Below, piece after piece: positions 49,757 to 62,409 of a stretch of 64,000 bases of DNA. Each line of letters starts with the position of its first letter. Within the stretch, counting starts at the first letter, position 1. A model generated the notes under the pieces. The model saw only the letters and a list, made by a program, of their open reading frames with translations, was not told the origin of the DNA and searched no databases. The position numbers and the translations under genes were made by a program. Origin of the DNA: Schmidtea nova (lineage: Eukaryota); NCBI GenBank assembly GCA_044892505.1, contig CM097883.1:357678001-357742000 (forward strand), in the 5' to 3' direction.

Positions 49757-50356
49757 ATGAATTCTACCGAAGAATCAAGAGTCCCGACAAAATCAAACAG
49801 ACAACACCCTATGATAACGTACAATTCCCAAAATAGAAATAATATAGAAGTGTACAGCACATACAAAGAGGAGGATGTTTACAGGTTCATAGGAACCACG
49901 GTGGCGGCGAAGATGAATCACCTCACTTCAAATTATTGGTACTACCCGAGAAGAGTAGATATCCCAAATGATTATAAATTCCCAGGAGGGCCTCGGATGC
50001 AAATGATGGTGACGGTTGTGAACAACCAAGGTAGAATAAAAGTAGCCGACTTATGCAGAGAATATGGCTCATGTCCAAAGTTAGGAAATATATGGCTCCA
50101 TGCTATCAATAGACCGATTACCGTGTTTATGGCTGGGATGGAACTACCAGTGGAATTGGAAAAGCATTGCACATTGGAGGTGTAACATGCTGATGGTAGA
50201 GAACGTAACATCATGTTACAGGCATCCGCAGTTAATACCATTATCGCTGTAGAAATCTTAGATTACAAGAAACCTTACCCGATTGTGAGTACAAATGAGC
50301 CTACATGGATGTGTAATGTTAACGAGAGGATTTTCAACAAAGCAGATCATTCGTAA
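49757..50356 (+). CDS. orphan accessory ORF (about 200 codons, one in-frame TAA at 50183-50185)
   Basis: ttttttag acceptor (49749-49750), then aaaaccATG; frame stays open for 56 codons after the internal stop. Confidence 0.55.
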
Positions 50357-51014
50357 GGAGAAATATGTCGAAAGTGGAAGAGGGTGAGGCCACAGTTTTT
50401 GTGTCGGCCGGATTTGCAAAATCGAGATCTTGGATATAAGAGGGAATAATTTATTGAGTGCAGTGGTGACCCCCAAAGATCCAGTAAAACACTACCAGAC
50501 GCACCAATTTAAGTTGAAGGAACAGGAAATCCGAGGAAACCTCGACGAGGAGGATTGTCACCATTTGATACGGAAAATCTGTGACAAGAAAATAATGGTA
50601 GGTATTCTAGTAAAGGATTTACTCAAGGTAACCAATCTACCAGTGCAGAGATTATTAGGCATCCGTGATTTATCCGCAAATAAATTGTTAGAATCCCGAG
50701 GAGTCCCTAAGATTCACGGCTATTTAAGATTGGGATTCCTGGCGAAGACATTTTTGCGTACAGTGTCGGGAGAACCAAGGAATTTGGAGGTTACAAATGA
50801 GGCATTAGCAATCCGTGCTATATATTTACACATTAGAAATGAATGGTTAGACCATATCAGTGTACCTCAGGAGGAGTTTAGGTCAACAACTACGGCAGAG
50901 ATAGTTGAACAAGAAGTTTTACAGAAGCGGAAGTTACCCGAACCGCCATCGACATCGGGTCAACCCCATTCAAAAAGAAGGGATAAGACACCAGAAGATC
51001 ATCTCGATCGGTGA
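50295..51014 (+). CDS. DEDDh 3'-5' exonuclease-fold protein (REX4/ISG20-like) with non-canonical catalytic motifs; one in-frame TGA at 50385-50387
   Basis: VGRICKIEILDIRGNNLLSAVVTPKDPVKHYQT, KIMVGILVKDLLKV, IRDLS, LRLGFLAKTFL and TNEALAIRAIY follow the order and spacing of REX4 blocks ARVSIV..G..LD.FVKP..V..WRT, ILVGH...DL..L, RDTS, SLK.L....L and EDARA.M.LY. Confidence 0.62.
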
Positions 51015-51051
51015 AGAAGATGAATACGAAACATGCGTCAGTGAAGCAGAA

Positions 51052-51504
51052 NNNNNNNNNNNNNNNNNNNNNNNNNNNNNNNNNNNNNNNNNNNNNNNNN
51101 NNNNNNNNNNNNNNNNNNNNNNNNNNNNNNNNNNNNNNNNNNNNNNNNNNNNNNNNNNNNNNNNNNNNNNNNNNNNNNNNNNNNNNNNNNNNNNNNNNNN
51201 NNNNNNNNNNNNNNNNNNNNNNNNNNNNNNNNNNNNNNNNNNNNNNNNNNNNNNNNNNNNNNNNNNNNNNNNNNNNNNNNNNNNNNNNNNNNNNNNNNNN
51301 NNNNNNNNNNNNNNNNNNNNNNNNNNNNNNNNNNNNNNNNNNNNNNNNNNNNNNNNNNNNNNNNNNNNNNNNNNNNNNNNNNNNNNNNNNNNNNNNNNNN
51401 NNNNNNNNNNNNNNNNNNNNNNNNNNNNNNNNNNNNNNNNNNNNNNNNNNNNNNNNNNNNNNNNNNNNNNNNNNNNNNNNNNNNNNNNNNNNNNNNNNNN
51501 NNNN
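51052..51504. other. assembly gap
   Basis: N run. Confidence 0.99.
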
Positions 51505-51576
51505 AATAATAAATATATAAGGCGGCACCAATAATCAATCAGGGCAATTCCAAAAGAGAAATAAATTTCCATTTAC

Positions 51577-51682
51577 CAGGACAAATTACGTGTTACAATT
51601 GGGCATGTTAGCAGAGATGTAGATAGGAGGGCAAGTGGTCGTTTTGCGTGCAAAAAGGACATTTAGGAGGCGAATGTCCATG
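51577..51682 (+). pseudogene. gag-type double zinc-knuckle remnant
   Basis: QITCYN..GHVSRDC and FAC.K.GHLGGECP readable across frameshifts. Confidence 0.5.
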
Positions 51683-52319
51683 TTATGCTTGAAGAGCGAG
51701 GGCATAAAAACCAATGTAGAAACAATCCAGATCAACGACCATAATTGTTACCAGTATACGGATAATTAGCAATAGGGATATAATTCATTAATTAGTTTGT
51801 CTTTTGGTGCTGTCGATTTCGTATTTGTTTTATTCTAATCGCGAAATGGGCACATCAGAAGTGGAGTAATAACTTGGGGGTGATGGACCGTAAAATGTTG
51901 CGCGTAAATGTTGGGAACGTTCACAGGGATAACAAATTGCTCGCCTTCTACCGACATCAAGAGAATGGAAACAAGTCCATATATGATGTGAATCGCTGTT
52001 GGTAGCGTTTGGTCAACCTGTGGAGTGCAGTAACAACTTTGGAACCCTGTTCAGTTAGTAAGAGTAACCACAGGAATCGGTAATTATGAAGGAGCGACAA
52101 ATTTGTCACCAACAATTTGTTGATAAATTAATTGATAAAATTAATTAAAATATTAAACTTAAAAAAGTATCGATAGAAAAATCAATCAATAATAAAATAA
52201 ATAAAAATCTCAATAAAAATCATTATTAAATAAAATAATCAATAATAATAATCAATAAATAACAACCTATAAATATCAAAAATCAATAGACAAAATGCTT
52301 ACATTGTCCGAATAGATAT

Positions 52320-52600
52320 TAAGAGGCAATGTGAAAAAATGTGCCACTCTGATTTGAAACGCGAGTATTATTCCGTTTCAACGCATACTCAATCATTTTC
52401 GACGACATCGATTTCGAAAGGAGTTTCATTTAACATTTTTCATCCGTCCTCATGTGGCTGTAACAAATTTTTGTAGTGTTTCTGGATCTTAACCCAATCA
52501 CTGTTGTCCTCTTGTTCTCCTTGATGTTCCTCCTCAATACTTGCTATCTCACATTATCCTTAATTTTTTATTTCCTTCCTCATTTCTATCTTCGTGTTAA
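52320..52600 (-). pseudogene. possible piggyBac transposase N-terminal fragment
   Basis: Acidic stretch, then DW...HEDG..LNETPFEI...VCVETE*Y, similar to the PGBD N-terminal TP.E.F...ETN.Y pattern. Confidence 0.4.
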
Positions 52601-55600
52601 TTCCTAGTGAAGCCCAGCAGTGATATCAAGTAAGTGAGAGGATTGACAATACAAACCGAAATAAACTAGACAATACTCTTAGTTATCTAATTTAAATTCA
52701 ACAAAAGATTTATTTTAACTTATGAACCAAATATTACAGCCATTTATCACATAAGTGCAACCGACAGATCGTAATTCGTATTTACTCAATGACCAAATAA
52801 ATCCACATAATCAAGAAGGACCTGAATGATATCACTGAGAGAACAACAGTTTTAGAGGTTAATGAGGAAATATTTTAAACTTTTTTTAAGAATTTAATTT
52901 ATGAAATTCAAATTTCTGTTGCTAAATATATAACGGTTTTATTGACTTTTTTAAAAAATCGATTATTAATCTCACGTTAATGAACATTTTGGAAATATGA
53001 AGCTGTAATTATCAATTGTCACTAGATGGTCTAATTCGTGCTTGAAATATCCAAATGAGTACATGTTGGGATAGAGGAAAAATTCTAATCATTAAATATA
53101 GCATGAATATTTAAACAAGAATTAAAATTGAATTTTGATTAATAACACAATTTTTGGGTAATATTGTTTTTCAATCTAAAATCATGAAATAATATAAGAA
53201 ATTATTGATAATGAAAATTTAGATTTATTTACCACTTTAAAATTAAAATAATAATTAATTTTGAGCGCATTATTTACATATTGTTGTGGATCCTTTAGGT
53301 ATATGAAATCATAATAAGTATTATTTTTAATTCAAAAATAAAAAAATAACTGGACAAATACTATGTGAAAATCGAACAATGCTCGCAATTCACGCAATTG
53401 ATCAAAAAAGAAATTTGATCGATAGAATCAATATAAGAAGACCATAGTAAACGAAAAGATTTGAATAATTAGTGCGAGTCACAGAATTTATGAGACAACG
53501 ACTAACGTGATAATAAACAAATAAGCAAATTAGATTTTATTATTTATCTTGTTGACCTCCCGAATCACTAACTCGCTGTTGTATTCCACCTTTTTGCGAT
53601 GCAGGTTGCAGTGTAGGTTTACAAGTTCGGAATGGATTCTCCTGAACAGTCAATTATCATGCTTTCATTTCGATTTACAATTTCGGCCTCATACTCGACG
53701 AAGATATTTGAGAACAGCCGGATGAGTATCCACAAGGTTGTTATAAAAAATATTTTTTCTTTAATAACAGTTTTATTTTTTTGTTCAAATCTACACGTAT
53801 ATTTAAAAATATTTTTAAAGCAGAAAAAGTGACAGTACAGCTATTTTTACGAGTATTAACGAGCAAGTGTGAGTAGTGTAGTGTTAAAAATGATGAGTAT
53901 AAATCGACAAACAAATTTAGGAATATGTATGAGGTATTACTGAGATATTTTCATAAATGTGATAAAAATGAGGGTTCTACACGACGAAAAATTCAAAGAC
54001 AATTACGAATATTTGCGGTCACATAAATTATTTAATAATAGCATTTGTAGTCAAGAAACTATTGTACTTTCCTTTCAATGACTTTACAGTATTTAAAGAT
54101 ATATTCAAAGTAAACACTAGTGATGAGTAAAGCGAGAACATAAAATAAGAGAAAAACAACAATTTTTCTTAAACGCTTGGTCAAACCATAAACCATTAAA
54201 TAATAGACTTTTATAATAAAAGTACGAAGCTGATGGAGGAAGCCATCGAACGTGGATGGACACAAAGTGCAATACAATTATTGTATGTTAACCTTTAATT
54301 TACTAAAAACTAAAACAACCAAGCATCACATATTTTATTCATTTACAAAAACAAATCGAAAATCATCTAAATATCAAAGAATTTATTGACATTACATAAT
54401 TTTTCTTACATGCCTAGTTGGTCGTTCGATTGCAGTAAATATTAAGAAGTTAGAAATCGGAATATTCCGCACAGAGGAAATCATGCAATCCACCATAGAA
54501 AACATAAAGAAAGAAAATCTATAAATATATTGAAACTAATAAACTTACCATATCATTAGGTTTTGAAAGTTTAGATTTGTGCTCATCCGCAAATTACAAA
54601 TGTAGGCAATAATCAATTTATGAACAAATCAATAAATAATATCACGAATCTACTTTTGGCTAATAACGCTCACTTTTCCTTTTTACACTAGGAAAACGTC
54701 TGGACAAACTTTATAGGTCATTATTAGATTAAGTGACAAGTCCAAAATTGAGATTTTATTTCCCTCTTGTATTTCTTGATTCTGGTTTATGATTTTTTCT
54801 GTTAAATAACTGATTCCAAAAGGTTTTGCAGGGATCGGCTATTATCTTATATTTGATTCACAGAAAATATCATGAAACCTTAAAAGCATTTATTTTTATA
54901 AACATTTCTTTCAAATCACTGTTGGTGTATAAACTTTGAAAAATTATTATTGAGGTGCGTTATTACCTATCAACTTAACCGTAACAACAGCATACAAATA
55001 TTAGCAAACCATATTGTTACTCGCGCATATTAATATTGTGACTGTAGCAAATGGGTGGATATCCGAAAAAGTGGGCACTGATTGATTCAGAACTGTACTT
55101 GACAGGATATCACGATTGGGTTCAAGGGTGATCGTTGGAAGGTATAATGCCTATTATATCTGTCCCGCATTATACTCAAAAATTCATTATAAACTGCTCT
55201 ATCTATACTCTAGTTATTATAATGTTTAAAACAAATTAGCAAGAATATTGTTAAATATAATTTCTTTTTAATTTTTCGGATTTGATTCACCTTTGCTCGG
55301 GTTCTATTTAAATTTAATTTATTAATTAATCAGCAAATTATTAGTTTTTTAAAGTGCAAATCTTGATTTAATAGAAGAAAAGTCACATTGATTCGAAGTT
55401 ATCATCACAAAATCAGTCATTAATGCTTTGACTATTGAGTAAATTCAACAAAGTATAAAATAATGTACAACAAATACAATAGAAAATCAAATCAAACAAT
55501 GAAAATGTGATAGCGCAATTTATTGAAAAATCCACCACAGATGTGTGAAAATTTCTCAGTGGAAATTTCTCTGGTAGTTATGTGTAGATTACGAGTTGAA

Positions 55601-58600
55601 TAGTAAAATGAAAAAATGGGAATATGACCTATTTATTATCTTTCTTAACTTTATGTAAGACTTAATTATTCATCATCCATGATTTGTAGAAATTTTTATT
55701 GGGAAGATATTTCATCTAAATTGGAATTGTTTAATGCATTTTAAATGTAAAAACTGAAATATTTAAAGGAAATTTCACTAATGTTATAATAATGTTCAAA
55801 TGCAATTATAATTGACACTAATAATTAATTATTTATTAAGATTTTTAAGAAAATAAAATAAAATAAATATTTAAAAGTTTTCGCTTTACCACTTGTCTAG
55901 CAACCATTGCATGGGGATGGACACAATTCCAATCTCGCTTGCTTAATAATTAGGGCCTGTGATTTAATTGAAATTTTCTTCTCCCCTGGTATCACACTAC
56001 ACCGTGTTTCATTGACGTTTCTCACATATAATACACGTGAGTTAGAAGCGTCCAGGGTTATTATTATTAATTTTTAAAAATTTTTGGCATTAGCCATTTT
56101 AAAATGACTTTCAGGTAATTTTATCCACTAGGATAACTTTTAAGGCTTTATTTTGATCTCATAATGATATGAGATTACTATAAAAGCTTTAAAAGGTTGT
56201 CTATGTTCTACAAATTTATTTTTAATTATTTTGTAGGAAATTATGATTTTGGAATTATTTTCTTTAAAAGTGAGTTAACATCATTTTTCTAATTAAAATT
56301 TATTGATAAAACTAATATTAGAAGCTTGTTTCTACTTTTTCTGCCGTATGATAGATCATCATGTCTTTTATATTTATAAATTATATTTTCGATGATTTTT
56401 ATTATCCTGCTTTGTAAATATCTGAAATCCTAATCACAATCTACTAATCTTTTAAGTAAAAATTAATTCAAATTAAGATTTTCGAAAAAACCTTTCGGGT
56501 GTCGAATGTTTGAATACATGGAATATCTGAAAGGCTAAAAACATTGTAAATATTTTTTTAATTAAAAATAATTTATCCCAAATTGCTTCCTCATCTTCTC
56601 AAAACCACAATAATTTTTAGCGAAAGATTTTCTGAAATTCTTTGAAAATATAAATTTTTTATAAATTAAAATAAATTACTTACGATGATATTTCATCATT
56701 TTTACGAAAACTCAATTTAAATTCCTCAGATTCATTTAAATAAATTTTATCGGCCATTTTAATTTTCAAAATTTTTAAAATTTAATTTTTAAAATTTAGT
56801 GTGATATTATATTATGAAACAATTAACTCATATGAAAGTTTACATCTGTTTTTTTCTATGTTTTGTGTTTGTGTAAGATTATGTTTTTTCTATCTTTTTG
56901 TCTACGATATAATAAATGATATGATTGAGTAAAATAGCAATGGATAAGGTAGAGGTAGGTGTGTATTTTTCAATAGTATAAGCTTACTGATTATTATAGG
57001 TATTACGTTTCAGTGAAAAACGGTGTATCGATATGAGGCTTTCGACTGGCTGAAGGTTTGTTAAAGGTAAATATTTCTTATAATATAGTTATTGATTCTA
57101 TATCCTATTTTAGGAAGTTTAAATTTCCTTATTCTTATGTGAATATTTGTAAGAATCAATTTGTAAGAATCAATAAAAGTAAAAGATTTTATTTTATCTT
57201 TTCTCTTTTATTTTGATGAGGAGTTTGATGAAAAGATGGACTGGCTTTCGCAATCGGGACTCGGATTCAATGCGAAAGAATTGCAGATCATTGAATGCAA
57301 ATAGGAGTTTATTTTCTGATCGGTTTCTCTACTTTGGAATTTCAAACCTGTTTTAGTAGGGGAATAAGATTTTATTTCTCCGTTTGATGGTATTCTTTTT
57401 TTATTTGCAGTAATAAAATTTTGTGTAAATGGTATTATTCTTTGTTCTCTATTTTATAATAAAAATTATGTAATATTCTATCTTAATAATTAGTTAATAA
57501 AACTAATTGATATTTTAAAAATAAAATAAAAAACTTTTTGGAAAATATTAATATCAATAATTCTCATAGTGGTAAGACTATAGATCAAATCTTTTTTAAT
57601 CAAGTATACAAAGACTAGACCAAAATATCGTGTATCTTAAAAACAAAATAAAAACCTTGATCTACAGTCTTGCAAAAATTAATATACAAATTAGGACGTA
57701 GATGACTGCAATCTAACCAGTTGGAAGTCTCTGGTATTTATATTATGTTTTGTAATGAACCATCAATTAATTTCAGTCATAAGAAATAGAATGCCGTTTC
57801 GTTTTAATATTCAAGGTGTACGGAAATTATGTTGTGATTATGCTTTGGTATTTGACCAGCCGAGACGTAATCGAAATTGACAGCGAATTATGACGTTCAG
57901 GTATTTTTGACCCTTTTATTTCTAGCTGTTGCCACACGTTTGCTGTAGTACTCAGTATTTATCTTAACTGACTTATCAGCAAAAACCACAATAATTTGTC
58001 TATAAGCTGCTTCCAGATATCGATGTTGCTTTCACAGGTCATGGAAATATTTTTCATCATTTAACCAGAAAGGTAGCGAGAAACGAATCGTGACCACTAT
58101 TTTCACAAATCAAAAGTGACCAGACGTCCTGGATTTGAGTTGTTTGTACCTCGCTGAAAACTGTCCCGGAAAGTGCCCCTCATTAGACATTTATCACTTT
58201 TAACATTTTCGCAATTAAATATTTTAACATTTTCACAAATATTTTGTTTCCTCTACTTCATTTAAGATAGCGCTTTCTTATAAAGCTGTTTAATATGGAA
58301 ATTTATTATTTTATTATGAACTTAAGTTTTTGTTACGGAGACAAGAATGAAAATAATTTGTTTAATTAATTTACTAGAAGTAAATTTTTATTTATATATA
58401 GTAATTAATGCATTATATTAACGCATGAAAAAATCTAAGAAAATTCTGTCACTAATGAGTTTTATTAAATATGATCCGCATTCCAATAAAAATATCTGGT
58501 TACTTTACACAAACATAAACCCTTCTGTCATTCACGTATTATTTTTGCGTTGATGTTGTAAACCGTATATAGCGTACAAATGTTAATAGTTCGTTCATCC

Positions 58601-58808
58601 GGCACCATTTCAAGCTACAGTCAAGTCTATTGCAACGGACATATATATCTTTAACAATATACGCTGCAATATTTTGTTATTTTTATGAACTATCACAATA
58701 TAAATAAATAAATTGTATAAATATTGCATGTGAATAAAATAACATATAAAATTTCTATTATTAACGGAATCTTTTTAATCGGGCAGATTCGAGGAAAGTG
58801 ATGTAAGC

Positions 58809-60239
58809 ATGAGAAATCATAAAAATCAAGATAAGTATGAAAATATCTTTTTCATTTTTGCCACTGTCAATGTGGCGTTCAACATCATTGTGGCGTTTGG
58901 TTGGACCGCTCATTTTCTGGAACATGAGGCTCCCTGCCTTCATCACCACGTAAACGTTATCATTGCAACACTGGCCTCAGTTATGATGATGGTAAACGTT
59001 CTGTTTCTGTGGTACAATCTCTACATTAATAATCACTATCGGAACTTTTTTGATCATTTCAACATTGATAGTCAACTGACATTCTATCTGATCTTTCTGA
59101 CCTTGGCTACTTACTACATTGGGATGTATTGGAATATACTTGTTGTATACTTTGGTTTACCGGAATGTTTTATTATTCCAGTGAAAATCTTCAGTTCATT
59201 ATTGCCCATTTACATCATGTCAGTCTTAATAACCCTGGTCAATGCAAACATTTCCCATGAATATGGAGAAGAAAGGGCTCTCAATTTGTCCAATTTGGCC
59301 GCAATTCTCTTGTCGGTGCTCAACATAGGATCTTTTACACTTAATACGGCAATCATCTTATATTTAAATAAGTTTATGGCCCTTATTAAAGGTCCCGCTA
59401 TCGTGGGAACCTGCATAATGAATCAATTAAATATAACAAATCCTCTGTCACTTATAGTTTTGACTGCTATTGACCAGTTCAAGAGACCAAGATTTGAAAT
59501 TCATTTATTATTTGGGATATTTGTCATTCTCTACCTTTATAAACCTCTTCTCCGGCATGTCAAACATTTGATGATCCTGCGGTCGAGGCGAAATGTCCAT
59601 TGCTCTACTCCTTCCCAACCGTTATCCTTACCAATTATGGGCTGCCTATTTTGTGGGTGCATTGCGATATGTGTATTATATGTAATGAATTGGTCCAATT
59701 ATGGGCTCATGTGTTTATATTTATTATCAATTATTATAACCAAGCATCTGCTGGCTTCCGTTTTACATTGGCCGCAAAAGTCCTCAGCGATTTCGGAATT
59801 CCAGATCCTTTTATGGGTGGGATTTGTGGGCCAGCTTTTGGGGCATTTCCTAAATGTTGGCAAAATGGTTACCACAAGCTCGAGTGACCTTGAACTTTTT
59901 GAACAAGTTATAATTAATTTATTCCGTATCGTTAATATATTCCTATTCAACATATTCATTAATCATTTGTCAGGGAGACATTGGCCAAACTCTGTCCAGC
60001 GCCTCCTAATGATTATATATTCCCTATTCTTGCTGGCTCACAACGGATTCAAATGCTATTCTGAAATATTTCCGCCTCTTCCTCCGAATCGGAATTGTTT
60101 TACAATCACTTTTATAATGACTTCTATTTCTATTTTATCGTTCACCTTCGGATTTATCTTTCGATATTTATCGTCTGTTACTCTGATTAATTATATTTTA
60201 TTTTCCATCAGTCCAAACCTTTTCCCGAACATTGCTTGA
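58809..60239 (+). CDS. intronless 476-aa multi-pass membrane protein, divergent otopetrin-like
   Basis: Longest intact ORF in the window; about 12 hydrophobic segments in two halves with a central polar loop; PRFEIHLLFGIFVILYLYK and FGFIFRYLSSVTL align by eye with otopetrin PFNIEYQIL...LYVLWK and FAIFYRMHA motifs. Confidence 0.6.
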   Translation: MRNHKNQDKYENIFFIFATVNVAFNIIVAFGWTAHFLEHEAPCLHHHVNVIIATLASVMMMVNVLFLWYNLYINNHYRNFFDHFNIDSQLTFYLIFLTLATYYIGMYWNILVVYFGLPECFIIPVKIFSSLLPIYIMSVLITLVNANISHEYGEERALNLSNLAAILLSVLNIGSFTLNTAIILYLNKFMALIKGPAIVGTCIMNQLNITNPLSLIVLTAIDQFKRPRFEIHLLFGIFVILYLYKPLLRHVKHLMILRSRRNVHCSTPSQPLSLPIMGCLFCGCIAICVLYVMNWSNYGLMCLYLLSIIITKHLLASVLHWPQKSSAISEFQILLWVGFVGQLLGHFLNVGKMVTTSSSDLELFEQVIINLFRIVNIFLFNIFINHLSGRHWPNSVQRLLMIIYSLFLLAHNGFKCYSEIFPPLPPNRNCFTITFIMTSISILSFTFGFIFRYLSSVTLINYILFSISPNLFPNIA

Positions 60240-60904
60240 TCTGCTGAACTGTGTGATGCGTGTCCGGACTTTGATAGGTTTTTGAAAAAATATTTTCAAA
60301 AAATATCCTATATTAATAAACTTTTAATACTTTTTACCTTTTATAATAATATTTGCATATTTTTCAACTCAATTTATTGGATGCTTATTAAAACGAATTT
60401 GCATGCAGATTATCACGCCTTTTTTGTAATCACATAGCAGAAAGATATTATTAATACTGTTAGGGTTTATATGAAATTAGAGAAATAAAATCGAGAAAAA
60501 CCAAGAGCATCGTTAAGACATCAAAATAATAAATAATTTAATGGATTCTAGATTAAATGGATTCTAATCATGTAACGCAGTAACGGTTTTGAACACTGAA
60601 TTCTCCTTCTCACTGGTTTTGCTTATTGTGATTTGAAATAATAATATATTTTAGTTTGTATACACACTGTGTCATAATCATACATCTCTCTTTTGATTAT
60701 TTCAATTTATTTTCTCAACTAATCAAATATTTTTACACATCTTGCATTAACCAATGAAAATATAAATTAATCGTGGTGTAAGAACACAATGAGCCCTATT
60801 TCTATTATTATCTATTTCTTCCTATTTCAAAACAGCTAAAATGCTATAAATGAAACACAAATTATATGAATTTATGGCATTTACTTAGCAATGTTTTAGT
60901 TGTA

Positions 60905-61060
60905 ATGGTTGAGGGGTTTCGATATGACCATGTCCACTCAAATGGCTTATTTGGGTAAATTTAGTCTGGCAATAATATCAATTGAACACGTAATTGCAGG
61001 TAATCTTGACGTCAGTGCAATAATTCAAACATTCTCAAGAGCAAAACTAAGAATAAATAA
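60905..61060 (+). pseudogene. hAT (ZMYM1/PRKRIR-like) transposase extreme C-terminus
   Basis: TMSTQMAYLGKFSLAIISIEHVIAGNLDVSAIIQTFSRAKLR resembles LRSTM.Q.RL..LA..SIE.....LD...I..FA..K.R. Confidence 0.55.
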
Positions 61061-61316
61061 TGAATTGCAATATGTATTTAACTTTAATTTGAATGTATTA
61101 TTAAATATGTTAATGAATTTTTATTGCTTAAAAAACAATTTAAATACCTTTTGTTGACTCAATTTTTTTCTTTAAATCAAATTTGTTTATATTTGTCTAT
61201 GCTATGTTTGGCTATGCATGTGCAAATGTAAGTATACGTATTGAAAAGAGGCACGTGAATGTTTCTTTACCTAGGGGCGCCAGGTACTCTTGCACTGTCC
61301 GTTATATATATATATA

Positions 61317-62406
61317 CAGGGGTGGGCTGCCAAATTTTGAACAACCGGCTCGCTATTATTTCAAAAATACGGTAAATGCGTACATTGTCTTCATTTATTT
61401 TTGTACAGTATAAAATATATATAACAAAACAAAACATTTATTGCACAAAATAACTAAACAAAATATTTATTGCACAAAAAACTGATAAATTCCAAATTTA
61501 ACATACTATGCTATGTATATGCCTAATTAATTAATGTAGAGTCCATATGCCTTGTTCATTTGCAGAAACATCATTATTGTGCCCTCTTCTTACCCTTGTT
61601 TCTGTTGCTAACCTGTGATTCTGGTTCATCCAAGATGTAACAAAAGGAATGGCATCGAAATTTGCTATTGATTTCCCCAATAAATTTATTGTCATTAGAT
61701 TGGATATATGTTCCACAGTAAGGCTGGTTCTTAATTTTGATGCAATTAAATTCATAAGGCTAAAACCTCTCTTAGCTTCTGAACTGCTAATAGCAATTGT
61801 GCTTGCTATTTTTGTAGCCCTTAAAATTGAATTAGGTAACTGAACATTTTCCAGCTGTATGTTTGCGTCTACAAAGTCACAATTCTTAAATGAATGAATT
61901 TATATTATTTACAAATAATAATTTACAATTGTTTATTTATGTAAATTAAAATTTAATTTTACATATATTACTTACTTTAGCAATTAGACTAATTAATTGT
62001 ATTTTGTATTGTCAATTCAGTAAATAAAGTAAGTTTTTATAGTAAATATAATCTGTAGAAAACGAACAAATTATAAAAATAATTAAGGTGCAACAAGTAA
62101 CGAAGGAAATAATAAAGCGGGCGATAACATGTGCAGTGTGCCGAAGCTTCACAACTTGTGACTCACTCACAAGCAAGAGCGAAGCACTTCGTATTTTACG
62201 TACGCACATGATGTGTGTATTGTGTTGTGCACATGATATGTTTGCGAGTGTGTGGCACATCGGCGCGATGTGCATATTTTGCATAAACATACTATTAAAA
62301 TGGCTTATTTTTGGTTTTAGGGTTAATTTAACAAGTGGCTCGCCGAGTTTCAAAAGTTTTAACAACCGGCTCGCGCGAGCCGGACCAAGTTGGCTCCAGC
62401 CCACCC

Positions 62407-62409
<3 letters not shown>
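61317..62409 (-). mobile_element. internally deleted hAT element (1093 bp) inserted in a (TA)n tract
   Basis: Perfect 13-bp TIRs caggggtgggctg / cagcccacccctg, TA repeats on both sides; minus-strand SSSEAKRGFSLMNLIASKLRTSL...FDAIPFVTSW (ZNF862-like dimerisation domain). Confidence 0.88.

Noticed and set aside
51790-52110. Second env-like or gag-like fragment after the gap
   Set aside because: Retroelement-like composition, but multiple stops and no diagnostic motif in any frame.
56940-57360. Radial-spoke RSPH9-like N-terminus (MDWLSQSGLGFNAKELQII)
   Set aside because: The resemblance covers under 25 residues and is followed by a stop; not distinguishable from chance.
53500-58300. Multi-exon host gene from scattered minus-strand open stretches (e.g. 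55000-55150, 55900-56050, 58000-58200)
   Set aside because: No consistent exon chain could be assembled and no product recognised.
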